Assembly (NCBI RefSeq): GCF_001194135.2
Contig: NC_068990.1
Location: 74,065,905 to 74,129,904 of the forward strand
DNA from: Octopus bimaculoides
Lineage: Eukaryota
Direction: 5' to 3'
Length of the DNA: 64,000 nt
Numbering within the stretch: the first letter of the stretch is position 1; every line of letters starts with the position of its first letter. Shown here piece by piece: positions 1-13,179 of the stretch. The notes beneath the pieces were generated by a model. The model did no database searches. It saw nothing but the letters and a program-made list of their open reading frames with translations, and was not told the origin of the DNA. The position numbers and the translations under genes are program-made.

Positions 1-551
1 TGTTGCTAATATGTACGTGATTTTCAAGGAATCTTTGATCCCAGAGGTATTCAAAAACACAGAGATAATGGGTGATTTGTCAAGAGGAAATAACATACAT
101 GACTGTCTGGGGACTAGCTACAAAGAGCTATGTTGGCACTTGTAGGTGAGCTGTTATGATAGCAATGTCTGTAGCTGTAGCTAAGTATAAATTGTAAACT
201 AAACATTCACACACACACACACACATGTATGCAGATGCATATGTACACATAAACATACATATATATGTATAATGGTCTTCTTTCAGCTTCCATCTACCAA
301 ATTAAATTTTCTCATAAAGTATTGACCATAGAGTGGGACTGAACCTGAAGCTGAGAAACACCTTGTAAGTGAATTTGGTTGACTAAAGCTGTAAAAAAAT
401 TCATTATATAGACGCACACACCCATACAGACACACACACACATGCACAGAAACAGAGCAAATGTGCACACAGAAGCATGCATGCATTACACACGAATAAT
501 TTAGGTTATCTAATATTTGACTCATCATTCTTCCTTGCAGGATTTTATATT

Positions 552-766
552 TTAACCCTTTAGCATTTAAACCAGCAATATCCAGCCCAAATATTCTACA
601 TGTCATATGTCCAAACTGGTCAGATCTGGCCTCTCACACCTACCTTACAATCTCATTCTAAAATAAAACAGTCTTGAAGCTATGTGATTATGTATGATTA
701 ATTCATAATGATGTGAATAAATAAGCATTACATTCCTCAGACTAATCTAAATGCTAAAAGGTTTAA
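552..766. mobile_element. piggyBac-type MITE (~215 bp)
   Basis: Starts TTAA-CCCTTTAGCAT and ends ATGCTAAAAGG-T-TTAA. Homologous copies lie at 7712-7930 (inverted) and 53340-53512, the latter ending GCAAAAGGG-TTAA. TTAA sites with CCC...GGG ends are the established piggyBac signature. Confidence 0.7.
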
Positions 767-914
767 ACACATCCCCAGAGGAAGTATTTGCCTTTAAATT
801 GTAATTACTGTTTATTTAATTAGCATTTTCACTTCATTATAACACATATTTGGATTCTATCACATCATGCAGCATACTCTATGAGGTTGTTGTTGTTAAT
901 ATTCAGCTCTGCTA

Positions 915-1135
915 AGGTGGTGGCAAGCTGGTAGAATCATTAGCATGCCAGGCAGAATTCTTAGCAGTATTTTGTTCTTCCTTATGTCCTGAGTTCAAAT
1001 CCCACTAAAGTCAACTTTGTCTTTCATGCTTTCAGGGTTGATAAAATAAGTACCAATTGAGCATTGGGATTGATGCAGTCAACCTACTCCTTCCTCGAAA
1101 TTGCTGGCCATGTGCCAAAATCTGAAATCAATATT
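915..1135 (+). mobile_element. SINE family A (tRNA-derived), diverged copy
   Basis: Matches the family motif gagctggcagaa..ttagca..gagttcaaat..gtcgactttgcctttcatcctttcggggtcgataaa..aagtaccag found more than 10 times in the window. Confidence 0.75.
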
Positions 1136-1394
1136 CAGCACTGCTGTTGATATTCATAATCAATATTAATGCATTACTTAGAAATAATACATTTCTAAAT
1201 CTCTCAGAGAGATATATACAGCAGCAGCACAATAAAGTGATGGTATGTGACAGTCCTATGAAAAGGAAGAATGCTACTGCTATTTAGCCCTAGGAAACAC
1301 CGTTTCCTGTTGGCCTTGACACATTTCCTGTGTCCTTATGTCTACAAAGGGGAGATAAGCACCTCCACCCAGCAAAGCCAGCATCCAGAGACTA

Positions 1395-1915
1395 GTTTAA
1401 GAGTCATTGTTCATCATCAGTCTGGAATAGCATCGTCAAATCACCATCCATGAGTTATCAGAGTGTGTGCAGATTAGTTACAGTTCTGTTCAGTCCATTA
1501 TCGCAGAAGATTTGAGTATGAGATGCATGTCTGCCAAGTTTGTGTGCCAAAACTGCTTTCAAGTGACCAAAAAGATACTCAGGTTTCAGTTGCCCAAGAT
1601 CTCATTGATTGTGTTGAGAATGATGAAAATGCTTTGAAAACTTTATATAGGCCTCTGAACAGGTATCGCCAAGCTTTTGACAACATTTTATGCAGAATCT
1701 CTGATCAACTCTCTCTGTCATGGTCAATGTGGCAATCACACACTTCACACCTTCCTTCCAAGCATTGCTGTAAACAGTGGAAGCATGCTAGAACATTAAA
1801 ACTTAGTGCACATGCACAACAGTGTTCAAGGTCAACCTGTGCCAATCAGTTTCGTTCTGCATGCTTTAACTTCGTTACTATAGCAACAGTCCCAATACTT
1901 ATGGATCAGACTGCA
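1395..1915 (+). mobile_element. mariner-like transposon remnant, internally deleted
   Basis: Frameshifted translation [35 protein letters not shown] / [32 protein letters not shown] resembles the mariner HTH and WVPxxL linker region. The piece ends in a TIR-like gtcccaatacttatggatcagactgca-TA. Confidence 0.75.
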
Positions 1916-1924
1916 TATACATGT

Positions 1925-2106
1925 GATATATGTGATATAAGTATTAATATATATACATATATATATACATACATGCATGTATATATATATATATATGTAG
2001 ATAAATATATATATACACACATACACACACACACACACACATATATACATATATATAGATATGCATACATATACACATACTCAGACATACATACATACAC
2101 ACACAC

Positions 2107-2152
<46 letters not shown>

Positions 2153-2235
2153 CTGTATGTGTATGTATGTATGTATGTATGTATGTATGTATGCATGCAT
2201 GCATGTATTTGCATGCATACATATAGCATATAGTA
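1925..2235. repeat. compound (TA)n/(CA)n/(TATG)n microsatellite
   Basis: Directly visible; it produces the overlapping YI/HT/CV ORFs in the track. Confidence 0.95.
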
Positions 2236-2884
2236 AATGATTGATACAGAGAGAGAAGGAAAATCGTCTGATACCGTTATATGTACAGCAAATCAATAGC
2301 CATTAACATGTCCATATATACATTCACTCACACATACATGCACACACATGTAGATATATAAGTGGCTTCATAAACATACACATATGTATGTGTGTGTGTC
2401 TGTGTGTGTCTGTGTATGTCTGTTTATGCATTCATACTCACACATGTGTATATAGTAAGATAATAAAAAGAGCACACACATAAAACTATACGAGCTGAAA
2501 GCTGTCTATTTACACAGCTAAGCAAACACATGTACTTCCATATTCATATGCACACATGCACATTTTGTACATTATATTTGTTTATCTGTGCATATAAGCA
2601 GTTTATACATAGGAATCTATCACTAGACTGAAAATAGAAACAGACAGGCTTGCCAAATTATAGAATTTCTGATCAAATATAGAACAATAATATATATAGT
2701 AAGGTCATTTACAGGTCAGTCGAGGCACAGTGGAGGAGGTAAATGGTGGATGTAAATATATTTTATATAAACATATATATAATTATACAAACCTATTCAT
2801 ATCTATGTCTTTTTTTTTTCCCTTTTTAATTTTGTTACTAGATGCCTACCACATAGCTAATCAAATGTACAATTTATAATATTG

Positions 2885-3100
2885 TCTTCTTCTTCTTGTT
2901 CTCCTTGTTCTTGTTCTTGTTGTTGTTGTTGTTGTTCTTCTTCTTCTTATTATTATTATTATTTTTCCCCNNNNNNNNNNNNNNNNNNNNNNNNNNNNNN
3001 NNCCTCCCCCTCCTCTTCCTCTTTCCACCTTCTTCTTCTTCTTCTTCTTCTTCTTCTTCTTCTTCTTCTTCTTCTTCTTCTTCTTCTTCTTCTTCTTCCT
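2885..3100. repeat. (CTT)n/(GTT)n/(ATT)n microsatellite with a small gap
   Basis: Directly visible trinucleotide runs. Confidence 0.95.
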
Positions 3101-3879
3101 GCTTTGGATCTCTCACCCCTCCTCTTTTCTTCATCATTAGTATCATAAATTATTTCCCCCCTCTTCCCTCTTCCACTTCTCTTCATCTTTAGTTTCATAA
3201 ATTTCCCCACCCTCCTCCTCCAATATGTTGCAGCTTTCATAAAAAATTGTGGGCCTCATGATCTGATGATAGACTTGGCCATTAATGGGAAGTGAATGCC
3301 TGGGCAAAATTTGAACACAGAGCATAAAGAACTGAAACAGCTACTGCAAGTTATCTCATCCAATACCCATTCTATTCTGCTAAATCTCAAATCTGTACCA
3401 GTGTTTTGTTTATCAACCCTGGAAGATAAAACACAAAAGTAACTTCAGCAGGATTCAAACTCCAACAGCAAAGAGCCGAAACAAATATGACAATCTGACC
3501 ATTCTGCTGATATATTCATTATAATGATTCATAATGTTTCTGTTGTTGGTGAGTAGATTCCTCTAGTATGACTCTGGCAAAGAATTGAATTTACCACTTT
3601 AAATTTGCTGGAAAGGAATGGTCTTTTGTTTTGTTTTCTTTTGTCTCATTTTCCCACAAGAAATTTTAGAAGTTTGGGCACTGACCATTTTTGACATTGA
3701 ACAGTCTTTGACTCCTTATATTTTTGTATTCCTTGTTAGTCTCAAATGAGGTAGCAACAAATACGACCTCAAAATTTGATATTTTAAAATTTTGAAGCAA
3801 ACATGCATGGATTAATAAAATATAAACAGGAGAATATGGCAATGTACTAACATTTTTAAACATAGATATTTATAGTTTA

Positions 3880-4105
3880 ACAACTGCTGATGCCACGTAA
3901 AAAATACCTGTGTTGGTACCATGTAAAAAGCACCAAGTACACTCTGTAAAGTGGCTGACATTAGGAAGAGCATCCAATTGTAGAAATCATGCAAAAAAAC
4001 ACCACTAGAATTTGGTGCAACCCTCCAACTTGCCAGCTCCTCTCAACCCATCTAACCCATGTCAGCATGGAAAACAGATGTTCAACGATGGTGATGATGA
4101 TGAGC
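3880..4105 (+). mobile_element. SINE family C with RTE-type 3' tail
   Basis: Ends ccatgtcagcatggaaaacagatgttcaacgatggtgatgatg, similar to the RTE 3' end at ~48960-48995. Inverted copies at 10125-10270, 40370-40860, 53826-54060 and 62773-62925. Confidence 0.7.
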
Positions 4106-4564
4106 ATGATTTGCAACAAAATGTAGAGTTATAAACAAAAACAAGAATGGTAAATCATTGTAGTGGGCCTGAAAAAAATATTGACCATGGATTTTTACCC
4201 GAGATCACCTCCACACCCACACAAAGGACACAAGAGGCATATCACAAATGACTGAGACTCTTATCCAGACTATTTCATAAAAAAAAAAGTATGAAAAACT
4301 GAAAGGGTGTGTCCATGTACCCTTGGAGGAGTAATTGTAGGAAACTGGTTGATGTGTGACACAGTATAATCCATCAACAGTGCCAGAGTATATGAAAGTG
4401 CATACCTTATAAGGAAAGAAATAAAGAAAACAGGTGCAACTATGCTCCACAAACCTGACCACGATATTATGCTGCAATATGCAGGGAAATGACATATTAA
4501 GGCCACATTCAGAAACATTAGTATGGCTGTTAACCAATCTCACACTAATGGTAGAATAAGGGAA

Positions 4565-4708
4565 AGGTGGTGAGCTGGCAGAAACGTTAGCACACCGGAC
4601 GAAATTCTTAGTGGTATTTTGTCTGACGTTCCGTTCTGAGTTCAAATTCCACCGAGGTCGACTTTGCCTTTCATCCTTTCGGGGTCGATAAATAAAGTAC
4701 CAGTTATG
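4565..4708 (+). mobile_element. SINE family A
   Basis: Well-preserved head ggtggtgagctggcagaaacgttagcac..gagttcaaattccaccgaggtcgactttgcc with A-box and B-box-like motifs. Confidence 0.85.
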
Positions 4709-5610
4709 TGTTATGCAATGCAGTACTGTACAGTATTTTAATTTATTAATTTATTAATTTTTAAGCATGCAAATTCTTATTTTACCACAGAAATAAATAA
4801 AATCTAAAAAGATACAAATACCTATTGGCTGCAGAAACCGTTGATATACTGAGGAGTCCACGGTATAAATTTACATACATTAGCCAGAAAAATCCATGAT
4901 GTACTGAAAGTGTGATAGGTGAACCGTGATAACAAAAATATCAGGCCAATGGAAGCCCTGTTTTCAGAGCATTTCTGATAGAAATAATCTAAGAACAGTG
5001 AGAAAAATAATCTGATCTTCAATGTTGGAAGTCAATGATGGGGCACAGCTCCAAGAGTCTGTGGGGATTTCAGCTCATTATGAAGCTTGTCAGAGTCCAC
5101 AAAATCTTGTAGCATCTCTCATCAATAACCATTTGGGAAAAATACTCACAAAAAAAAAAAAACAGAGAAAAGATACTTAGGAAATAGAATGATATACAGA
5201 CCAAATGCGAGATACAAGAAGACTTCCCCTATTGGAACTGCATAATGTTCCTGGTGTCTGATTCACCAACGATCAAGTATGGGATATACTGAACACCCTG
5301 AAGAAGGAATCTTTAGATTAGTTTTCATAGGCACTTATTAGCACCCACTTCCATACATCCAAGGTCAGCACACCGTTTTATAAACTGCAAAGAATTTATT
5401 CTACTTCAGATTCGTGAACAGACAAGTCTGGGACAAAGCAGAAAAGACTATCAACTTTTCATACAATAAACACTCATACACAAGCACACACCATTCTCCA
5501 CATACACATACATGTGGAGAGAAAAGGGACAGTCAGAGGTTAGATAGATAAGCATGTGTTTATTACATTTATATATATGTATTTATATAGATGTACTTAT
5601 ATATATATGC

Positions 5611-5641
<31 letters not shown>

Positions 5642-6013
5642 ATCATAAATATATAGGGATTGACAGTAACCTGCTTCTCCAACATACTGAGAATTCAGAA
5701 ATAGCAGTCAAAGAACTACTGATTTCAAAACTACAAATTATTACTCCAGATTGATAGCGATATTTTTGATACACACAGAACAAAAAACAGTAGAGAAGAG
5801 TAAAAAAAACCCACCTGCCTTTAGTTAATTTAGTACGATCGTTTCACAGTTAAGAGTAAAGAATACTCTATTCTGATCTTCAGCTAAATATTCTAATAAA
5901 TTTGTTAATGTCTAAATAACTCACGTTAATTTTATATATATATATAAATGTACATGCATGCTTACATACATGCACACATACATGTACACATACATGTCTC
6001 TCTCTTTCTCTCT

Positions 6014-6966
6014 NNNNNNNNNNNNNNNNNNNNNNNNNNNNNNNNNNNNNNNNNNNNNNNNNNNNNNNNNNNNNNNNNNNNNNNNNNNNNNNNNNNNNNN
6101 NNNNNNNNNNNNNNNNNNNNNNNNNNNNNNNNNNNNNNNNNNNNNNNNNNNNNNNNNNNNNNNNNNNNNNNNNNNNNNNNNNNNNNNNNNNNNNNNNNNN
6201 NNNNNNNNNNNNNNNNNNNNNNNNNNNNNNNNNNNNNNNNNNNNNNNNNNNNNNNNNNNNNNNNNNNNNNNNNNNNNNNNNNNNNNNNNNNNNNNNNNNN
6301 NNNNNNNNNNNNNNNNNNNNNNNNNNNNNNNNNNNNNNNNNNNNNNNNNNNNNNNNNNNNNNNNNNNNNNNNNNNNNNNNNNNNNNNNNNNNNNNNNNNN
6401 NNNNNNNNNNNNNNNNNNNNNNNNNNNNNNNNNNNNNNNNNNNNNNNNNNNNNNNNNNNNNNNNNNNNNNNNNNNNNNNNNNNNNNNNNNNNNNNNNNNN
6501 NNNNNNNNNNNNNNNNNNNNNNNNNNNNNNNNNNNNNNNNNNNNNNNNNNNNNNNNNNNNNNNNNNNNNNNNNNNNNNNNNNNNNNNNNNNNNNNNNNNN
6601 NNNNNNNNNNNNNNNNNNNNNNNNNNNNNNNNNNNNNNNNNNNNNNNNNNNNNNNNNNNNNNNNNNNNNNNNNNNNNNNNNNNNNNNNNNNNNNNNNNNN
6701 NNNNNNNNNNNNNNNNNNNNNNNNNNNNNNNNNNNNNNNNNNNNNNNNNNNNNNNNNNNNNNNNNNNNNNNNNNNNNNNNNNNNNNNNNNNNNNNNNNNN
6801 NNNNNNNNNNNNNNNNNNNNNNNNNNNNNNNNNNNNNNNNNNNNNNNNNNNNNNNNNNNNNNNNNNNNNNNNNNNNNNNNNNNNNNNNNNNNNNNNNNNN
6901 NNNNNNNNNNNNNNNNNNNNNNNNNNNNNNNNNNNNNNNNNNNNNNNNNNNNNNNNNNNNNNNNNN
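6014..6966. other. assembly gap (N run)
   Basis: N run flanked by microsatellites. Other large gaps: 26630-27250, 50277-50898, 54188-54414, 61702-62464. Confidence 1.
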
Positions 6967-7610
6967 ATATATATATGCACATATACATACACACACACAT
7001 ACATACATATACAGATACATACACACATGTGTGTGTGTGTGTGTGTAAGTGATTTAGTGTGGGGAGAAGTTGAGCTCTTTATTGAGCTTCATCTGTAGTT
7101 TAAGAGTCATTGTGTCATTGAGCTATTTCATGTTACTTCTTATTTCTACTGATTTCCAGCTAGAACGAATTCCCTGCCAATCAAGCCAATGAGGAATCCC
7201 TTACATGCATGCACAACGTCAAAGACATAATAGCTGAATCTTGCTCAATTTCAACCTACAATCTTAAATAAGGAAAAGACACATTAACTAATGTAGACCT
7301 ACATGTTACATGTCAGTTCAGATTATCTCAAAAATAAAATACTAATGGTAATCATGTAAACCTGTGCTTCTTGTTTCATGATCAGAACAATGGTGACTCA
7401 ACTGCTATCGACTACTCTGTGGATTCACTCTAGTATTTGAAGGGTAGATGAATACTAACATAGGGAAAAATCAGTATCTGACTACAAGAACAGATGAACT
7501 CAACAACGAGTCAAAGGCCAGCTATAAAAGCTACAAATGGAGCAGAGCACAACAAAGGTATTTGAGTCTACTGAATCCCATCAGCCCTTGCATCTGTTTG
7601 TCTCTTTCAG

Positions 7611-7667
7611 ATGTACTAGCCTTGATTTTCCTTTGACACAGAGAGATCCAGCTGAAGAACCTCCATG
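7611..7667 (+). other. candidate 57-nt internal exon
   Basis: Acceptor tgtttgtctctttcag and donor catg|gtaagt. One open frame, CTSLDFPLTQRDPAEEPP. No homology recognised. Confidence 0.25.
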
Positions 7668-7711
7668 GTAAGTGTGTGGGCTGATCCAAGATTTTGTCAA
7701 ATAACTAGTTT

Positions 7712-7930
7712 TTAACCCTTTACCATTCAGATTACTCAGTCAAATGTAATGCTTATTTATTCACATTGTTTCAAATCAATCATGCATTATTCTGTAACTT
7801 TGAGATTTCAATGATGTGACTGTGTATTTTTCATTGATATTGTATGGTAATTGTGAGAGGCTAGATTTGGCTGGTTTGAACATACAACAGATAGAATATC
7901 TGGGCTGGATATGAGCAATTTAAATACACT
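7712..7930. mobile_element. piggyBac-type MITE, second copy (inverted)
   Basis: Starts TTAA-CCCTTTACCATTCAGATTACTC, the reverse complement of the right end of the 552-766 copy. Confidence 0.65.
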
Positions 7931-8013
7931 TAATCCCTTCGATTACATGTTTCTCAAAGAAATACATAGTTTATTTGTTGTAATTAATTTCTAAAATTAA
8001 AATTAGAAAGTGA

Positions 8014-8453
8014 AAGTGGTGAGCTGACAGAATTGTTAGCACACTGAATAAAATGGTTAGAAGTATTTCTTCATGCTGAGTTCAAATTTTTCTGAGGTTA
8101 ACTTTGTCTTTCATCCTTTCAGAGTCGATAAAATATGTACCAGTTGTCCACTGGAGGTTGAAATAATCAAGTAGTCTATTCTCCAACTTACTGACCTTGT
8201 CCCAAAAATTGAAACCCTTATTATTATTATACTTATTGGAGAACAGCAAAGTAGCAGAATAGTTAGCATGCTGGGCAAAATGCTTAGTGGCATTTGGTCT
8301 GTCCTTATGTTGTGAGTTCAAATTCTGCTAAGGTCGACTTTACTTTTCATCCTTTTGGGGTTGATAAATTAAGTACCAGTTGAGTACTGGGGTCTATCTA
8401 ATCGACTGGTCCCCTCCCACTAAATTTCAGGCCTAGTGCCTATAGTAGAAAGG

Positions 8454-8456
<3 letters not shown>
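8014..8456 (+). mobile_element. two tandem SINE family A copies
   Basis: Family motif at ~8014-8225 and again at ~8250-8456, followed by an (ATT)n tail. Confidence 0.8.
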
Positions 8457-8503
<47 letters not shown>

Positions 8504-9362
8504 CAGATGATGAAGTTTAGATTGCTTAGAAACTACTCATTGAAACAGTAGAAAGAAATAAAAATTAGAATTGGGAAGGGCTTTATTAACATAATTAACT
8601 TTCCTTTCTTTATTAAGGTGGTGTTTTGGCACATAAATCAACAGAAAGTTCTGAGATAAAATTATTATGGGACATTCTGGTATAAATATGAATACTGTGA
8701 AATATACTGCATCAAAGACAAGTGGCAGCATCAGGTGGGTTAAAGTGCGAATAATTAAAATGCATAGCAGAATCTGCTGTTTAATTCCAGGATATCCTTG
8801 ACTGAGCAGATCTATTATGAAGGGCTTTCCAGTAGTAATTATTCATCCTGTTTTGAGCCGTTGACTAACATGGACTTTATAATCCAACACATCCTTTTTA
8901 AGATATTATTGCAAAAGGCATATTTGGCTGATATTTCTAGCTTGATAGATTGATATACCTATTGTAGCTGCAATATAAAGTTGTATCTGCATTTTTAATT
9001 CATATTTGCTCAGGGGTTAGATCATGTTTTTCTTCATTCTGAGGTCAATAAATCTGTGCCAGTAAATACTGGAATCAAATTAATCAACTATAACCTATCC
9101 ACTGTAAAATATTGCTTCTTTTGCTTAGTAAAAAAGAAAATCAATATGTTTATATTCTAACAGAATATAATATAATATTAAAGCCATTATTTCTTTGCAA
9201 AGATCTATTTTTCATTTTTATTTTTTTTTTTTTCAATTTCGGTATACAGTATTGTCACTTAAATCTTTCAGACTAATAATTTAATATATAATATATAACA
9301 CACACACACACACATACATACACACACGTTTTTGCATATGCATTTGTGCAATATAAACATAC

Positions 9363-9430
<68 letters not shown>

Positions 9431-11759
9431 CAACAATGATGATAATAATAAAATAATAAGGATGATGATGGTAATGATAAAAGAAAGACAGAAAGAGGAA
9501 TTTTAAAATGTATGTGCATTTATATCTGCATATATCTGTTTGACTGTATGTATGTGTGTGTGTGCGTGTATGCTTGTGTTTGTTTGTTTGTGTGTATATG
9601 TGCATGTTTGAAAATGTGTTTGCTGACAAAAACAAAGCGATCCATAATGTAAATGAAAGAATAAATGTGGTTAGAAGGGAGTATCTTATAATTATACCCA
9701 TTAATGCTTACAATATGCAATATTGTATCAGTTTTTAAAATAAATAAATTCATCAGAGTTAACTGAGAACAAGATCATAAAGATTGCAATATACAGGTGT
9801 CAAAAATGAAGGTGTGAAAAAAAAAAAAATGAAATGAGCTCAGAAAGCCATGAAGCTTTTGAAAGAAGGTGGATTGGGAAATTAAAATGTTTTTCCTCAT
9901 AAGAAAAAGGAACACAGAATAGATGAAATATAAATTTCAATTTTGATATAGATTAAATAAAAAAAAAAAACATAAAATAACTGATTAAATGAATAAAGGA
10001 TAAGTCAAGTTATTTTGGTTGTATCATAAATCATCATCATCATCGTCGTCATCGCTATCATCATCATCATCATCATTATCGTCATCACCGTCATCATTGT
10101 CCTTGTCATCATCATCATCATCGTTGTCATCATTATTATTTTAATGACCGCTTTTCCATGCTTCAGTAGGTTGGATGGAATTTCTTGGAGCAGATTTTCT
10201 ACAGCTTGATGCCCTTCCTGTTGCCACAATCAAACATGTTTTCATGAAAGATTGGAAATAAAGGACACAGTTTGCATTACAACTATCGTGCTATGTCAAG
10301 ACAAGGAGGCAGTAACACACTTACATGCACACAAATAAACACACACACACACACAAACATGATAGGTTTCATTTCAGTTTCCGTTTACCAAATCCACTCA
10401 CAAGGCTTCAGTCAGCTTGGAGCTGCAGTTACTTTGAACATACAACAGGTAGACTATTTGTGCTAGATATGGCCAGTTTAAATACTAAAGTGTTAAACCC
10501 AAATATTACAGTAAACATCTATGATAATGCATAATAATTACTAGAAGTTTAATTTACTACAATTACTAGGAAAATATATGTAAATATGTATTGTAAATAT
10601 TTGCATTAAAAAGATCTATTTTGTTGGTTTGGCACCAAATTAAAAAGCAATCTTGTTGGTAGAATGATAAGATATAAATTTGAGCAATATTGTAATTTTG
10701 TTAAAGCAATTATTTAGTTAAAACAATTATTTTATTCCATCTCCAATAACTTTTAACACATTCATGTCTTCCTTTAGACTTTTTATCTTCATATCTACAT
10801 TTACCTATGTTTTAACTAAAATTTGCTACAGTTTTTATGATATTTCTCCATTAACTCTTATCAAGTCGTTTTAAGAACTGGAACAATTTTACAGATTGCA
10901 AGCAGTTACAAAATAAATAAAATATACCCTGTCATTAACAGATCTGAATCCTTTTTGTAACTTGTGAATTTCTTCATCTTTATGAAGAGCCACCTCTAAA
11001 TACAAACAAACATACATTCCAAACATTTTCTATCTGAGGTTTCTCATGTAAATAGATCCACACACTTGGGTGTATGGATCAACAGTTCAAACATCAACAC
11101 ACCAACTCAACCACATATTTACAAACACTGGGAACACACTCAACTCAAAAAATCTTGTTGCTTTGTTAGCAACTAGCTTGAACTCTCTTGAGAAGACTTT
11201 AAATAAAACTCAAGATAAAATATACATGCATACAAACATTCATAATGGCTGTCTACTTGCTAGACAAACATGACCATCGCTGAAGTGTTGAGTGTCAGCA
11301 ATGGCCATGCAAGGGTTTTAAGCTGAGCATGCATTGCATAACACCACAAAGACTTCCACTAGAAATAACAAGAAGCTCAGAGACAAGCAAAGTGCAAAAT
11401 ATCCAGCTCAGTAGAGCAACAGTTTCTATGTACAGAATTAGCTATCTCCTAGAGGTAAGCCTTGACAAAGACCATGGGTTCCACACTCCCAGTGTGCTTA
11501 CTGCACCCTTGGACACCAATCCTAGTATTTCTACATCCCAGTGCATACATACATGCATACATAGCATTATAATAAAACACCCACATCTTATTAAACACAG
11601 ATACCCATGGTTTCCTGGGCAAAACAGTAATTTATTTCATCATTTTCATGCTGATAACAAGACTGTTAGTTGCTTTTTAAAGCAGATGATATCTGTATAC
11701 ATACACACACACACACATACATACATACATACATACTTATATATGGAACTGAAACTGTA

Positions 11760-12000
11760 ACATCCTACATATATTTTTATTCTCTTATTTCCCTTTGTAC
11801 GTCTTATGTCCATTCTTTTCCAAAATAACACCTTATATTGAACTCTACTATTTCCCTCTAGTTAACTCTCTCATATCATCTCTGATGAAGAGATATCCTT
11901 AATACCTCAGAAACAGCTGTAAGACTATCTTTCTCTTTATAAATGTCCTATAAAATTTCACACAGTCTTGGTTTTTGTTGTCTCATTTTCTTTAACATGT
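11760..12000 (+). mobile_element. dispersed ~240 bp repeat carrying a hammerhead motif (Penelope pseudo-LTR-like)
   Basis: Homologous to 42590-42810. Both copies share ctgatgaag-g-gatat..gaaacagctgtaag..tttataaatgt..cttgg.ttt..tctcatt. Confidence 0.6.
11878..11925 (+). ncRNA. minimal type I hammerhead ribozyme motif
   Basis: CTGATGA at 11882-11888; stem II GAGATAT/ATACCTC (6 of 7 pairs); GAAA at 11910-11913; palindromic stem III ACAGCTGT; GTA cleavage triplet; short stem I tct/aga. Confidence 0.6.
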
Positions 12001-12261
12001 ATATATATATATACATACATACATACATATAGACATATACACTATGAGACTATGGTACACTTACAACAGCCCAAATGCACAGTGAGATTGAACCTAAAAC
12101 ATATAGCTGCAATGCAAATTTCTCAACTACACAGTGATGCTGGCACCTATAATGCCATAGCAACCTTACATAGAATTTCTCAAAAATATTACTTCCAAGA
12201 CGATTCATCATAGAAGTTATATTAATAGCAAAACACAATACAAAAACTTAACACTTAGATG

Positions 12262-12342
12262 GTCACCATGGCAACAACAAACTAAAATCAGTCAGTCTGG
12301 CCAAATCATTATTTGTTGATAGTAGAAACAAAACTGACGTCA
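12262..12342. promoter_or_regulatory. RFX X-box plus CRE motif pair
   Basis: GTCACCATGGCAAC (12262-12275) fits the X-box consensus GTYNCC-AT-GGNAAC. TGACGTCA at 12335-12342 is a perfect CRE. A second X-box-like site, atgccatagcaac, lies at ~12152-12164. Confidence 0.4.
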
Positions 12343-12553
12343 ACAGTCAAAATGATTATGAATGGAAAGTAGCTGCAATAAGATCACATTATTTAATGTG
12401 CCTTTTCTTTGTTTAAGACAGTAAGGTATGGTTGCTATTTCTAGGACGTTGATCGACCATCTTAAAATTCGCCCAGCCCAGCAGTCTCAAATAATAAAAA
12501 GATACATTTGATATCCTACATATCTTTCAAAAGAAATTACATGGTCATCTTTA

Positions 12554-12554
<1 letters not shown>

Positions 12555-12603
<49 letters not shown>

Positions 12604-12667
12604 CCTATCTATCTATCTATCTACCTATCTATCTATCTATCTATCTATCTATCATATCTATCCATCC

Positions 12668-12698
<31 letters not shown>

Positions 12699-12757
12699 AT
12701 ATCTATCTAAATATTTGTCTATCTATCTATCTATCTATCTATCATATCTATCCATCC

Positions 12758-12837
<80 letters not shown>

Positions 12838-12838
12838 G
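12555..12838. repeat. (TCTA)n tetranucleotide array
   Basis: Directly visible. Confidence 0.95.
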
Positions 12839-12959
12839 TGTATCCTTCTACTTATCTATTTGTCAGAAGATTGTAATAATTTGTAATGAGAAAGAAGTCA
12901 ATAATACAGACAGAGTAAGGATTCATGGTGCTTATTGCATGTAAAAAGAATAGTACATC

Positions 12960-13114
12960 ATTTAAACATACTGGTACTTATTTTATCGGTCTCTTTTGCT
13001 GAACCATCAAGTTACAGGGATATAAACACACCAACACCAGTTGTCAAGTGGTGATGGTGGGACAAACCCAAACACAAAGACACATACACATAGATACATA
13101 TATATAAATATATG

Positions 13115-13179
<65 letters not shown>

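Noticed and set aside
4565-4650. tRNA-like heads of SINE families A and B as tRNA genes
   Set aside because: They have A/B-box-like motifs but no complete cloverleaf, and they continue into SINE bodies.
5880-7052. 350-380 aa ORFs spanning N gaps (also 26384-27436, 50064-51047, 53879-54593, 61602-62576)
   Set aside because: They are open only because N codons cannot be stops; the flanks are microsatellites.
10740-10995. Coiled-coil-looking minus-strand frames (VALHKDEEIHKLQKGFRSVNDR; VDMKIKSLKEDMNVLK)
   Set aside because: Interrupted by several stops, with no consistent splice path and no recognisable family.
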